IMG/VR virus record: IMGVR_UViG_3300020381_000004
Location: 1-61,857 of that record
Strand: one strand, 5' to 3'
Source: a virus
Lineage: Duplodnaviria; Caudoviricetes
DNA: 61,857 bases
Shown here: positions 1-9,370 of the stretch, in pieces
How the letters are laid out: the number at the start of each line of letters is the position of its first letter
How positions within the stretch are numbered: the first letter of the stretch is position 1
Notes under the pieces: generated by a model
Told to the model about the DNA's origin: nothing
Databases searched by the model: none
The model's input: only the letters and a program-made list of their open reading frames with translations
Position numbers and translations under genes: made by a program

Positions 1-1157
1 TCTTCAATAAAACTAAAACTTCCATTGTGATAAATTTTTAAATCACCACCAGTTCCAAAAACTGCTTTTACATTATCTGCAAACTCAAGAGCATCATCTG
101 ATTTATCAAAGACTATGTTACCATTAGCACCAGTAAATGTTACGTCATCATCAAATAAAGCAGTATCGCCAACATGAAGTGATGCTGTTGGAGTTGTTTG
201 ATTTATACCAACCTTACCATCTTGAAGAACTGTTATGGCTTCTACATCAGTTCCAGTTTGATTATCCATGAATAATGAAAAAGAATTATTATTACCTGTT
301 CTTGAACCCATGTATTTTATAGTAAAACCATGTGTTCCGTCTGATGCAGTTGATGCTCTTAAAACACCTAAATCAGCACTAGCAAGATTACCTGTGGTTT
401 TTATAGCAGTGCCACTTATTTGAGATAAATTTATTGTTCCAGATGTGGTTAATCCAGTTAGTGTGCCTACAGATGTAATGTTTGATTGAGCCGCACCTGT
501 TACTGTAGCGGCTGTACCACTTACGTTACCAGTTACGTCACCAGTTACGTCACCAGTTACATTACCAGTTAAAGTACCTGTAATAGTAACACCACCACTT
601 GTGGTTTCTAGTTTTTTTGAGTCATCAAAATATAAAGCAGCATGACCATCATCTCCCCCAAATTCTGCTATGTTATTACCATTTGATCTTTCTATAAGTA
701 AATCATTAGGATTGGTTCTGTATATAATATCTACTGCGTTAGTTGAACTCGTATTATCAAAAAATCGTATAAAATTTGGACCACCACCTGTAATACCTAT
801 AACGGGATTTGACGTATTAGAAGTCAAAGTTACACTATTATCACCATTTAAGGCAAGAGCTTTAGATCCCGGCAATGTACAAAATATATCTCTTGTGCCA
901 GAACTCCAACTTACAGCATTGTTAGAGTTTGAGCTTGATATAATAGTTGTACGGGCAAGGGTAGTACCAGAAGAAGCAAAAGTACCTAACCCTACCTCAA
1001 AATCAGTTCCATCAGTACAACAATAATATGTTGTATCACCATTACTTAAATTAGCGGTAAAAGTTTCAAAACCAGATACTGCACCACCTAAAGTATATGT
1101 TCCAGTGCCAGTTGTGGTTGTTGTTTCTTTTATCCTATCTGATAGAACAAAAGCCAT
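1..1157 (-). CDS. Tail fibre/spike protein, N-terminal part (runs off the left edge; not in the ORF track)
   Basis: Read by hand. ATG at 1157 overlaps the upstream stop (TAATG). Translation MAFVLSDRIKETTTTTGTGTYTLGGAVSGFETF... is open to position 1, Gly/Thr-rich, with GNVTGDVT repeats. Confidence 0.85.
   Translation of the reverse strand, partial: MAFVLSDRIKETTTTTGTGTYTLGGAVSGFETFTANLSNGDTTYYCCTDGTDFEVGLGTFASSGTTLARTTIISSSNSNNAVSWSSGTRDIFCTLPGSKALALNGDNSVTLTSNTSNPVIGITGGGPNFIRFFDNTSSTNAVDIIYRTNPNDLLIERSNGNNIAEFGGDDGHAALYFDDSKKLETTSGGVTITGTLTGNVTGDVTGDVTGNVSGTAATVTGAAQSNITSVGTLTGLTTSGTINLSQISGTAIKTTGNLASADLGVLRASTASDGTHGFTIKYMGSRTGNNNSFSLFMDNQTGTDVEAITVLQDGKVGINQTTPTASLHVGDTALFDDDVTFTGANGNIVFDKSDDALEFADNVKAVFGTGGDLKIYHNGSFSFIE
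39..114. repeat. 76-bp exact repeat shared with the window end (61782-61857)
   Basis: taaatcaccaccagttcc...atcaaagact is identical at both places; the upstream flanks differ. Confidence 0.95.
522..570. repeat. 12-nt tandem repeat (ccagttacgtca-like) encoding G(N/D)VT repeats
   Basis: About four near-identical units inside the tail-fibre ORF. Confidence 0.8.
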
Positions 1158-1588
1158 TACTTAAGCTCTATGGTTAAGTTACTCGCATTAATTCTAAATA
1201 TGTCTCCAGACTCAATTGTCTTAGATGCGTCTAAAGCACCTACAAACAGTATGTTACCACTACTTGATGCGTCTGCAATAAACACATGAGTTATTGTATT
1301 ATTTGTTCCACCTGATGCTGGAAAATCTATAGCAGATGCATTTGTTGCAGTTTGTGTATCAGTTGAATCCGCTCCAACTGTTGTCCAACCTGATGCCGCT
1401 ACTTGTTGTCTAGCATAGTTTGTGAATGTTGCTTCTGTTAAAGATCCAGTTTCTGCTGCGGATACGGCTGTTGCTAACCCTACATAGATACTGTCTCCCG
1501 GTGTTGCAAAACTGAGAGAATTATTTTTAAATATAAAATGTAATAACCTTCTTTCAAGATAATTGGTTGCTGCGTTTGCTGTCGCCAT
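1157..1588 (-). CDS. Virion structural (tail-associated) protein
   Basis: 143 aa with YARQ...IDFP...ITH...DASSSGNILF pattern common in phage tail-fibre-associated proteins; RBS AGGAG. Confidence 0.7.
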   Translation of the reverse strand: MATANAATNYLERRLLHFIFKNNSLSFATPGDSIYVGLATAVSAAETGSLTEATFTNYARQQVAASGWTTVGADSTDTQTATNASAIDFPASGGTNNTITHVFIADASSSGNILFVGALDASKTIESGDIFRINASNLTIELK

Positions 1589-1603
1589 TTTATTACTCCT
1601 TCT

Positions 1604-2251
1604 TTAAGTTCGTGGTCTTGACGGAAGACCAGTTTTAAAAGCATCTGTATTTTCTCTAGCTTCTCCTAGATCTTTTAGACGCTCTAAATATTGCATATAT
1701 AAACCATTGTAATTTTGTATAACATCTGGTTCACCCTTCATATAATTATACGCTTCTACAAGTGATCCGTAAAGTAAAGCATACGGAGCATTTGTACTTA
1801 ACCAAGTTGTACCACTATCGGCTCCTGCGGTCAAACTTGCGGGTCTATAATAATAATGCAGTTCGATTGCATAGTTACTGTTTGGTGTTGGTGCAACTAT
1901 AAAATTATCTACATCAAATCGTGCGTAATATTTTGGTAATCCAGTTGTTGTAGCTGCTGGTGTGTACTCTCTAATAAAGCTAACATCTTTTTTTAACAGG
2001 TACCCTTCCGATCCAGCTGTTGTTATCTGTAAAGAAAAAGAAGCCAAATAATCAGTTGGTATTGTTAAATACTGATCAGAAGCAGTTAAAGCACTTGTTA
2101 CATTTTTTCTAAAATAATCAAGATCAACAGATTTAAATATTTTTTCCTCAGACGCTTTTATAAAATCATTTAAATGATTAACAAAGGTTGTTTCACTGTT
2201 ATCCGTGTAATCTTGTATTGCTGTTTTTAAGGTTGCGTATGTAAAACTCAT
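1604..2251 (-). CDS. Putative head-tail adaptor / tail tubular protein
   Basis: 215 aa; GLPKYYA...VAPTP...YY pattern of podovirus adaptor proteins; morphogenesis context. Confidence 0.65.
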   Translation of the reverse strand: MSFTYATLKTAIQDYTDNSETTFVNHLNDFIKASEEKIFKSVDLDYFRKNVTSALTASDQYLTIPTDYLASFSLQITTAGSEGYLLKKDVSFIREYTPAATTTGLPKYYARFDVDNFIVAPTPNSNYAIELHYYYRPASLTAGADSGTTWLSTNAPYALLYGSLVEAYNYMKGEPDVIQNYNGLYMQYLERLKDLGEARENTDAFKTGLPSRPRT

Positions 2252-2758
2252 TTATTTCTCCAATGTCACTGGTCCAGATGTAGCTTTGTTCCCACCACCT
2301 CTAAGATTTCCTGTTGTAGCAGTTCCACTACTCGCAGTAAATGTATATGTATCATCACTAACTTTTGTAATAGAATAACCAGAAGCATTATTTAACACTG
2401 CTGAAGTAAAACCATCAAATCCTACTGTATCTCTAAAACGAACTGTATCACTTGTTGATCTTCCATGACTTTTCTCAATAACAGTGATGACTGCACTTCC
2501 AGAAGAACCAGACAAAAAGGGGTTTAATCCTAATAAATTTTCTACACTAACTTCTGTTCTTGAATCTGGTCTTGGCTCATATAGAGCTGTTGGATCTGGG
2601 CCTGGATAATTAGGTTCTAACTGTGGATGTTTTGCCTCATACTCATCCACACCTACTTTCAATCCATTCCATTCTTTTATCATATCACGGAGACGATAAC
2701 GAAAACCAGATCGGTCTGAATAACCCCATGCTTTCTTGCCACTTGCGTACCTAGCCAT
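2252..2758 (-). CDS. Virion-associated protein
   Basis: 168 aa; SDRSGFRY N-terminus plus a beta-rich C-terminal module. Confidence 0.6.
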   Translation of the reverse strand: MARYASGKKAWGYSDRSGFRYRLRDMIKEWNGLKVGVDEYEAKHPQLEPNYPGPDPTALYEPRPDSRTEVSVENLLGLNPFLSGSSGSAVITVIEKSHGRSTSDTVRFRDTVGFDGFTSAVLNNASGYSITKVSDDTYTFTASSGTATTGNLRGGGNKATSGPVTLEK

Positions 2759-3423
2759 TAGTACCTCAAGTATGATATGTTCGGTGTTAACTTAAGTGGT
2801 GTGCTGTTTGCATCTTCTGACATGGCTCTTTGAAACTCTTCTTCATAAACACTTTTTAATATTTGTATTCTCTCTGGTGCTCTTTTTATAGATATATAAT
2901 AAGCAAGACCAGCTGCCATGCACGGTAAAAATCTAAAAGGTGCATCTGTTGTATTAACAAGAGCATCGGCATCTTGTATTCTTCTTACATAATAATAAAC
3001 AAGAGTGTAAGAAGCATCTGGTGTAGACCAAAGGGTTATTGTAGGAGTTGTTTGTCTGTCAAAAAAATACTGGCTCGGTTGACCCGTATTTGTTTTGTTA
3101 GGTATTCTTAAATACTCACCACGGCTCATTTGTGTAAGTGTAAAGTCTGTACCAGAACTGTTTCGTAGCACAACTTCTAATAAATCGACAAATTCACTTG
3201 ATAATGTATAGGTAGCAGTACCAGAGGAGACGGCTTTTGTTTCTTGCGTTACAGTCCATAAATTAAGTCCTCTGTTTGCCCAATCAGCAAACATAAGATT
3301 CAAAGAACGTCTTGCAGTTTTAGCATCGTAACCACTTCTCATCTCTAAGCCACATCTTTCATATGCCTCTTCAATGAGTTCTCCTACATCTAAATCAAAA
3401 TCTCTTGAGTTTGAAGTTGCCAT
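2758..3423 (-). CDS. Putative head-tail connector / tail tubular protein A-like
   Basis: 221 aa; ELIEEAYERCG...SLNLMFADWANRG...GQPSQY pattern. Confidence 0.65.
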   Translation of the reverse strand: MATSNSRDFDLDVGELIEEAYERCGLEMRSGYDAKTARRSLNLMFADWANRGLNLWTVTQETKAVSSGTATYTLSSEFVDLLEVVLRNSSGTDFTLTQMSRGEYLRIPNKTNTGQPSQYFFDRQTTPTITLWSTPDASYTLVYYYVRRIQDADALVNTTDAPFRFLPCMAAGLAYYISIKRAPERIQILKSVYEEEFQRAMSEDANSTPLKLTPNISYLRY

Positions 3424-3654
3424 TTACTTTTTCTTTTCTGCCTTTTTCTTCTTTTTTTCTAAAAAAGCTCTAAGACCAGCATTCATTTTACCTTTAGCAG
3501 CCATGACTGGTTTTTTAACCATCGTGCCGCCCATCATTTTACCCTTAATTCTTCCTGACTTCATCATACCTTTGCCAGTTTTAGCAGAGGGTTTTGCTTT
3601 ATCTAAAGTTATTTTTTTTATCTTTTTAAGATCTCTCTTCTTACCAGCCATCAC
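3424..3654 (-). CDS. Small basic (Lys-rich) protein
   Basis: 76 aa, very basic, translationally coupled to neighbours. Confidence 0.6.
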   Translation of the reverse strand: MMAGKKRDLKKIKKITLDKAKPSAKTGKGMMKSGRIKGKMMGGTMVKKPVMAAKGKMNAGLRAFLEKKKKKAEKKK

Positions 3655-3932
3655 TTGCTCCTTTTCCTTCTTAATGATTGCACTCTTCTTGGCTTACCAG
3701 CAGGTTGACCCAACCGATTCTTTTGTCTTATTCTACTACGCTTTTCAGTAGAAGTCATCTCTTTAGTAGTTTTCGGAGTTTTTGAACTAATCCTTTTACT
3801 TGGGCGACAATAAGGCGTACTCCTCTTATCACCTTTTTGACGACCACACGCTTTACCTGTTTTAACATCTTTCCAGTCCTCCTTGAACCATCGTTTTAAA
3901 GCTAAACCTTTTTTTGTTTTTCGAACAGCCAT
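3651..3932 (-). CDS. Small basic conserved phage protein
   Basis: 93 aa; LKRWFKEDWKDVKTGKACGR...PYCRP. Confidence 0.7.
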   Translation of the reverse strand: MAVRKTKKGLALKRWFKEDWKDVKTGKACGRQKGDKRSTPYCRPSKRISSKTPKTTKEMTSTEKRSRIRQKNRLGQPAGKPRRVQSLRRKRSK

Positions 3933-4240
3933 TATGAATACTTTGTGACCTTACGTCTTCCAGACATTATAGCACCACAACCTCTGGCTATGTTCTTATT
4001 TTTTGACTTTCTTTTTGTCATTCTAACAACTTTGCCCTCTTTGGCAGTCATTGTTTCTTTTTTTACTTTTTCAATGGCTGCGTTTAATCCACCACCCATT
4101 GCTTTCTTTTTCTTTTTACCACCAGTGCCATAGTTTGCGGCCCCAACTTTTCTACATTTTGCAATAGCTCCTGAAGCATATGCAGATGGAAAAACCTTAT
4201 ATCTGGCTTTCACTTTATGGTAACATGCGTCTTTAGGCAT
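3932..4240 (-). CDS. Small basic conserved phage protein
   Basis: 102 aa; DACYHKVKARYKVFPSAYASGA. Confidence 0.7.
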   Translation of the reverse strand: MPKDACYHKVKARYKVFPSAYASGAIAKCRKVGAANYGTGGKKKKKAMGGGLNAAIEKVKKETMTAKEGKVVRMTKRKSKNKNIARGCGAIMSGRRKVTKYS

Positions 4241-4317
4241 AATATCTTCCTTTCATTATCTTCCAACAGGTACACATCCACTGTCTTTTTTTACATTTAA
4301 GACAAACCTTTTGAGGT

Positions 4318-4479
4318 TCACCTCTTACTACCTCTCCTTTTTTTAGAGGCACAATGTGCTTTTTCAGAAAATCCACGAGGTCTGGCACAATTGATTTTCC
4401 TCTTCCTCTTATCACTCCACTTCCTCTTACCTGGTGACTTTGTTATTTGTTGAGGCATTGAACCCCGCGAGATTGCCAT
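4318..4479 (-). CDS. Small basic protein, 53 aa (below ORF-track cutoff)
   Basis: Read by hand: MAISRGSMPQQITKSPGKRKWSDKRKRKINCARPRGFSEKAHCASKKRRGSKR*. Confidence 0.6.
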   Translation of the reverse strand: MAISRGSMPQQITKSPGKRKWSDKRKRKINCARPRGFSEKAHCASKKRRGSKR

Positions 4480-4669
4480 CTATTGTCTTCCTATTAATAA
4501 AATCTATCCATAGAGTATGTAACATTTTGTGATTTTCTTCAACCTTTACCACAGTTACAGCAGTCTTTTTATCCACTTCGATAAGTGTTGTCACTATCCA
4601 TGCAATAGATCCAGCAACAAGGACAATTGAAACTCCGTTCATAATTTCTTTAGGCTTTAACACTACCAC
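4427..4669 (-). CDS. Hypothetical membrane protein
   Basis: 80 aa with one hydrophobic segment (IVLVAGSIAWIVTTLI). Confidence 0.5.
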   Translation of the reverse strand: MVVLKPKEIMNGVSIVLVAGSIAWIVTTLIEVDKKTAVTVVKVEENHKMLHTLWIDFINRKTIDGNLAGFNASTNNKVTR

Positions 4670-4871
4670 CTCTTTTTTTAAATCTTTGATCCTTTGGTTT
4701 TTGAGGGAAACTTTTAGGATATACTTTTTTTATTGCCTTATTTAAGAAAGTCGTTCTTTCTTTTGGAGACATGTTAGATATATAAGTTCTCAACAAACGC
4801 TTTTGTTGATTCTCTGTTAAGTCTTTCATTTTTGGTCTTGGTGTTGGTTTTGCTTTCATTAACACTTCCAT
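4650..4871 (-). CDS. Small basic hypothetical protein
   Basis: 73 aa, inside the operon. Confidence 0.55.
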   Translation of the reverse strand: MEVLMKAKPTPRPKMKDLTENQQKRLLRTYISNMSPKERTTFLNKAIKKVYPKSFPQKPKDQRFKKRGGSVKA

Positions 4872-5143
4872 CTTCTTCTTGCTTGTCTTAATCGACTATT
4901 TGGATTTTTAGCTGCTTTAGGAAATTTTTTCATCTGACCTGCACTTCTGGCACAAAATGACTTTCTTCTTTTTGCAGCTTTACTTCCAGCTTTAACTTTA
5001 CCAGTAACAGCAGTTTTTAATTTACTGCCCGGATTATCTCTTCGATAACGAGCAACCCCCGCCTTAGTCATTCCCGCTCCAGACTTAGTGGAACGGAAAT
5101 ACTTTTTGGTTTTAGGAGGTTGCTTGTCTCTTGTTCTAGCCAT
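4859..5143 (-). CDS. Small basic conserved phage protein
   Basis: 94 aa; GMTKAGV...KRRKSFCARS...ARRRWKC. Confidence 0.7.
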   Translation of the reverse strand: MARTRDKQPPKTKKYFRSTKSGAGMTKAGVARYRRDNPGSKLKTAVTGKVKAGSKAAKRRKSFCARSAGQMKKFPKAAKNPNSRLRQARRRWKC

Positions 5144-5430
5144 TACGATAAGAATATAGTTAGTTTGTTACCACTGCCAGTAAAGGCAGATAGATATGCA
5201 CCACTCTCTGCTAGTATACCATTATCTGGAATATTAAGAGTGTGCAATCCAGTTGGAAAACTTTGTGATATCAATGTAGATCCGCCATTACCATCTGTTA
5301 TGGTAAGAGCACCTGCTGCATTTCCAAACACTACTATCTGTCTTATCCTTGACCTCGCAGGTCCTACCACAGCGGCAGAATCTCCTTGGTTTACATTAAA
5401 GGCTTTTACGTCAGATCTTGTTCCTGCCAT
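5143..5430 (-). CDS. Putative structural protein
   Basis: 95 aa, beta-rich; RBS GGAGG. Confidence 0.65.
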   Translation of the reverse strand: MAGTRSDVKAFNVNQGDSAAVVGPARSRIRQIVVFGNAAGALTITDGNGGSTLISQSFPTGLHTLNIPDNGILAESGAYLSAFTGSGNKLTIFLS

Positions 5431-5442
5431 GATAACCTCCTA

Positions 5443-5925
5443 TTAAGAAGCATCAGATGAGCTAGACACTCCAAGAAACTTCATCACTACTGTAGTATCT
5501 GCTCCTGGATCACCAGAAAGAACAATCTCTACTTCGTCTGCTGTCTCTGTAGCAGCTGTTGTTGTTCCTCCAGACATTCCTAGAACTCCATTACATGGAA
5601 AGAAGCCTTTGAAACCTGTGCTATTTACTGCGGCAGATATACCGTCAACAAATCCATCTGTGTCTGCATCTGTACCTATGTCGTTTAGTGTAACGCTATT
5701 AGAAGCTGCACCAGTTACGGCAATCATAACTGCCAAAGGAAGAAAGTTTGAAGGTATTCCGATTGCAGATTCTTTACCAGTTGTTGAACCACTAGCAACT
5801 GTGACAGTTGCGGTGTAAACAGAAAGTGTCATTTCACTACTGATAGCACCAGTTGTTGAGTTTTCGATAATGTTCTTAAACCCATTTTTGGATCTAATAG
5901 GACCCGAAAAAGTTGTGTTAGCCAT
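5443..5925 (-). CDS. Putative capsid decoration / structural protein
   Basis: 160 aa, MANTTFSGPIRS start, directly downstream of the capsid gene. Confidence 0.6.
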   Translation of the reverse strand: MANTTFSGPIRSKNGFKNIIENSTTGAISSEMTLSVYTATVTVASGSTTGKESAIGIPSNFLPLAVMIAVTGAASNSVTLNDIGTDADTDGFVDGISAAVNSTGFKGFFPCNGVLGMSGGTTTAATETADEVEIVLSGDPGADTTVVMKFLGVSSSSDAS

Positions 5926-5989
5926 GTTATACTCCTTGTCTTGGCAATTGTCGAAGTTAATTCTTCGTCAAGGTAATTTTATTATACAT

Positions 5990-6018
5990 AAAAAAAGGGT
6001 GACTGCAAAGAGTCACCC
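5990..6018 (-). terminator. Rho-independent terminator after the major capsid gene
   Basis: GGGTGACT/AGTCACCC 8-bp stem followed by a T-run on the minus strand. Confidence 0.8.
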
Positions 6019-6039
6019 CAAAAATATAAATATTTTTAA

Positions 6040-6951
6040 TTAAGCTCCTGGTGAACCGAACATTGCACGAGGATCTGAGAATCCGAAAGAGTATCTCTCT
6101 CTTGCTTTATATCTCATGTTTCCTGTGTCAAAGTCTGGATCCATAGCTGTTGCCATAGGCATTCTTTCGAAATGCTTAAGACCATTTGGTGCGTCTGTCT
6201 TAATGAAAAACGCATCTGTGTCAGTTAGATAATCATTGATGACATAGCCTTGAGGTAACATTCCCATGTTTCTCATTGCGTTAGCATCATTATCTGCTGT
6301 TCCAGGTCTTAAGTTAGAGTTTAACAATCTCTCTGCGACAAACTGTAGTTGTCTTGGAATAATTAGTTTCATTCCTCTTAGAGCGATAATTAATCCTCTC
6401 TCATCCACAAAGCCTGCAATCTTAATTAAAGCATCTTCTAAAGATGTTTCGTTAAGGTCGGCTGCGACAGTTGGCTCGTTAGCGAAAGTTCCACCATTTG
6501 TTAATGGGTGATCTGTTGCTAATAATGCTTTACCATCACCACCAGCAGTTGCTCCAGCAGTAAACGCATTGTTTAATACGTTTGCAGCTTTTACTTGCTT
6601 TGTGTGTGCCATTGATCTAGCAAGTGCTCTTGTATAACGAGCAGAAAGCTTGTCGTAAAGGTTATCCTCTACAGCTTCTTCTGTTATTGAGAAAGCCATT
6701 GCTACAGTCTCATGGTTATATCTTGAAGTGTAAGCTTCGTTTGCATCATCAAATGTGACACCAGAACCTTCTTGCTTAGTCGGTGCTGCTCCGAAGCCAC
6801 TCAACATTACTTCTTCTTCGAATGCTCTGTCAGATGACTCAGTATCGTAGATTTCTGCATGTTGACCTTCATACCTATTATACTCCATACCAAAGAGGGC
6901 GTTTAAACCAGGCTCTAGTTCTTTGGCGAGTTGTGCTCTTGAAATAGCCAT
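6040..6951 (-). CDS. Major capsid protein
   Basis: 303 aa; MAISRAQLAKELEPGLNALFG...YKARERYSFG; strong RBS and downstream terminator. Confidence 0.9.
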   Translation of the reverse strand: MAISRAQLAKELEPGLNALFGMEYNRYEGQHAEIYDTESSDRAFEEEVMLSGFGAAPTKQEGSGVTFDDANEAYTSRYNHETVAMAFSITEEAVEDNLYDKLSARYTRALARSMAHTKQVKAANVLNNAFTAGATAGGDGKALLATDHPLTNGGTFANEPTVAADLNETSLEDALIKIAGFVDERGLIIALRGMKLIIPRQLQFVAERLLNSNLRPGTADNDANAMRNMGMLPQGYVINDYLTDTDAFFIKTDAPNGLKHFERMPMATAMDPDFDTGNMRYKARERYSFGFSDPRAMFGSPGA

Positions 6952-6963
6952 ATTACACCCTCC

Positions 6964-7584
6964 TTAAGATGCAGTAGCGTCAGCATCCGAAGAATTTAAC
7001 GCATGGTTGTTGATTTTAACTATGTATGAAACACCAGCAGCACTGTGATCAGCATTAGTTACATCTTCGTGGATGCCTAAAATCATCACACAGTTTGATG
7101 TATCTGTATCTTCAGAAGTTGATATATCTAGGACAGCAGAAGAAATACCAGTTGTAGTATTACCACTTGTTCCACTTGCTATATCAGCAGTCTTAAAGAT
7201 GTCTGCTTTAGCAGTTGCTCTGTCAGTGTTTGTTCCGTCACTTGCGATAATAAATCTCTGTGATGGATCGTCATACACAAACCCTTTGATGTCAAAGTTA
7301 GTATTAGCTGATCCTGAACCGGGCCAAGTATTACTAAACTTTAACTTGCCAGTAGTTGCATCCACATATTCACATCCAGCAAAGATACCAACTAATTGGT
7401 CTCCGTTACCAGTTGCAGATCCGATCTGAATAGTTCCACCAGTTAATTCAGCTTTTACAGGTGAACCTTGAAAGATCGCGGAAGCATCACTAGCAATAAA
7501 GTATTGACTCGTACCTTGAGTCGCTGGACTTGAACCATGTTTTCCAACTGGCTTAAATCCGAAAGCTACATTTATGTTAGCCAT
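6964..7584 (-). CDS. Capsid-associated / decoration protein
   Basis: 206 aa; AFGFKPV...GIFAGCEY...VYDDP; immediately upstream of the capsid gene. Confidence 0.65.
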   Translation of the reverse strand: MANINVAFGFKPVGKHGSSPATQGTSQYFIASDASAIFQGSPVKAELTGGTIQIGSATGNGDQLVGIFAGCEYVDATTGKLKFSNTWPGSGSANTNFDIKGFVYDDPSQRFIIASDGTNTDRATAKADIFKTADIASGTSGNTTTGISSAVLDISTSEDTDTSNCVMILGIHEDVTNADHSAAGVSYIVKINNHALNSSDADATAS

Positions 7585-7602
7585 TTATTGCTCCTTCATT
7601 AA

Positions 7603-8067
7603 TTACTCGGAAGGTTTTTTCCCTCCGAAAGTTACACGACTTTGCCTATCTACGCTGATAGGCATCGAGGGATGTTGCTCCCTCATCAAGTTTTCATCCA
7701 CGGCTTTTAGTTGGTTGCGGGTCTGATCCCGGAAATATTCAGTTCTCTCTTTGACCGTTTCTGTGGGTATTCGTGCCAACATTAAACCACCGACACCAAT
7801 AATTCCTTTGTTTTTACCTTCCTCTATAACTGGATACTTTGCAGCTTCGGCTCCGTATTCGTCTGCCCTAACTGGTTCCCACCCCTCTCTCATTCTAGAA
7901 AAAACATTTGATTTATCATCTTCACCACGAATGGTGGTTCTGATCCATCTATGTTCAAATCCATCTGGAGCTGGAGGTGCTTCCAACTTAGCTGGAGGTT
8001 GCCAAGGTTTTCTCCTTGTACTATTTGCACGACTTTTATTTTCTCGTGTTGTTCTATCTATAGCCAT
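7603..8067 (-). CDS. Conserved head-module protein
   Basis: 154 aa; HRWIR...REGWEPV...VGGLMLARIP. Confidence 0.65.
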   Translation of the reverse strand: MAIDRTTRENKSRANSTRRKPWQPPAKLEAPPAPDGFEHRWIRTTIRGEDDKSNVFSRMREGWEPVRADEYGAEAAKYPVIEEGKNKGIIGVGGLMLARIPTETVKERTEYFRDQTRNQLKAVDENLMREQHPSMPISVDRQSRVTFGGKKPSE

Positions 8068-8070
8068 GAT

Positions 8071-8937
8071 CTACTCCTTCACATGCTTTGCATATTCTTC
8101 TAACGGAACACCCAATTTTTTAGCTATCGCTATTTGCGATGGAGTCAATTTGACTGTTCTGCGTCCCTTTGATACCGTTTTTGAGGCGGTGGCTCCAGCA
8201 GAGGCGACTCTAGGGCCAGAGGATTTCTTCGTGAATTTATGAGGAAATTCAGATTTAATCCTATTATCTAGTTCAGTATAATACTCTTCTGTGTTTGGGT
8301 CAAACCCTTCTGATTCAATTAATTGCTTATGTACACCAAAAGCGGCATATGTCATGGTTTGATCCTTACCAAACCACTCATTTTCTTGAGCCCATTGTTC
8401 GGCTCTTGGGTCTGGTTTTTGTGGAGGAGGAGGTGTAGGCGTTTGTGGAGGAGGAGGTGCAGCACCATTTGTTGCTGTTGCTTTCTTCTCTTCTTGCCTA
8501 GCCTTTAAATCTTTTAGTCTAGCCTCTTCCATAGCAATTCTAGAAATATTTTGTTGTGCATCATACAAAGCGTCTGCATCACCAGACTCTAACGCTTTCT
8601 TATATGCTTCTTTTGCGGCTTGAGCTTGAGCAGTTACTCTGTTATCAACCTCGCCCACATAATTAGTGTCTAATTTATCTAGTCTTGCTTTGAGATCATC
8701 GTTTTGTTTTTTGACAGATTCAGCAAATTCTATAGCAGATTGTTTTTGCCTTTCTTCTTCTCTAAAACGATTGGTAAGTTTACTAATCCGTTTCTTAACA
8801 GATTCCGAATACTCAGACAAGTCTTCATCAGCTGCATCAACTTCTTGAGTTTCACCAGCATCTTCTGTCTTTTCTTCTTCAACTACGACCTCTTGTTCTT
8901 GTTCTTGTTCTTCTTCTTTTGTTTCTGCATCTTGCAT
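8071..8937 (-). CDS. Putative capsid scaffolding protein
   Basis: Acidic N-terminus, coiled coil, Pro-rich linker, C-terminal LTPSQIAIAKKLGVPLEEYAK. Start moved to MQDAET behind a GGAG RBS. Confidence 0.7.
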   Translation of the reverse strand: MQDAETKEEEQEQEQEVVVEEEKTEDAGETQEVDAADEDLSEYSESVKKRISKLTNRFREEERQKQSAIEFAESVKKQNDDLKARLDKLDTNYVGEVDNRVTAQAQAAKEAYKKALESGDADALYDAQQNISRIAMEEARLKDLKARQEEKKATATNGAAPPPPQTPTPPPPQKPDPRAEQWAQENEWFGKDQTMTYAAFGVHKQLIESEGFDPNTEEYYTELDNRIKSEFPHKFTKKSSGPRVASAGATASKTVSKGRRTVKLTPSQIAIAKKLGVPLEEYAKHVKE

Positions 8938-8938
8938 A

Positions 8939-9370
8939 CTATACTCCGTATGTTTTGATGTCGTCGGGATCGACAATGGTTGCAATGACTTCATCGTCAT
9001 TGATAATACGCACCTCTCCGCCCTCTATTTGGAATCTTGACCCAGCGTAACGACCAATACATACCCAGTCGCCTTCTTTACACCAAGGTCCCCCTTCTCC
9101 AAATTTGTCTAAATCTTTATATGCAAGTGGGCCAACTTTTACAACATAAGCTACAACAGTTGCTCTTGCCTCTCTTTCCCTAGCTGGATCTGGGACATAA
9201 ACGCCACCCTCTGTTTTTTCTTTGCCCATGTAAGGCATAACTAATATACGCCATCCAGTGGGTGCGGGTAGTCTATCTGTTAGGGATTTTTCTTTTGCTT
9301 CTTTTTCTGCTTTTTCTTTTGCTTGTCTTTGCTTTAATACATATTCAGGTACTATTAGCGTCATTATCAA
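8939..9370 (-). CDS. groES: Co-chaperonin GroES-like protein
   Basis: PTGWRILV...KTEGGVYVP...VVKVGP...YAGS...IINDDEVIA motifs of Cpn10. Confidence 0.85.
   Translation of the reverse strand: MIMTLIVPEYVLKQRQAKEKAEKEAKEKSLTDRLPAPTGWRILVMPYMGKEKTEGGVYVPDPAREREARATVVAYVVKVGPLAYKDLDKFGEGGPWCKEGDWVCIGRYAGSRFQIEGGEVRIINDDEVIATIVDPDDIKTYGV

Noticed and set aside
670-1026. 118-aa plus-strand ORF and the many other antisense ORFs over late genes (e.g. 18340-18918, 53639-54112)
   Set aside because: Shadow frames of well-supported minus-strand genes; no RBS or recognisable motifs.
4233-4415. 60-aa track ORF as called
   Set aside because: Its 5' half overlaps the better-supported 4318-4479 ORF; only a shorter Cys-containing 3' part might be real.
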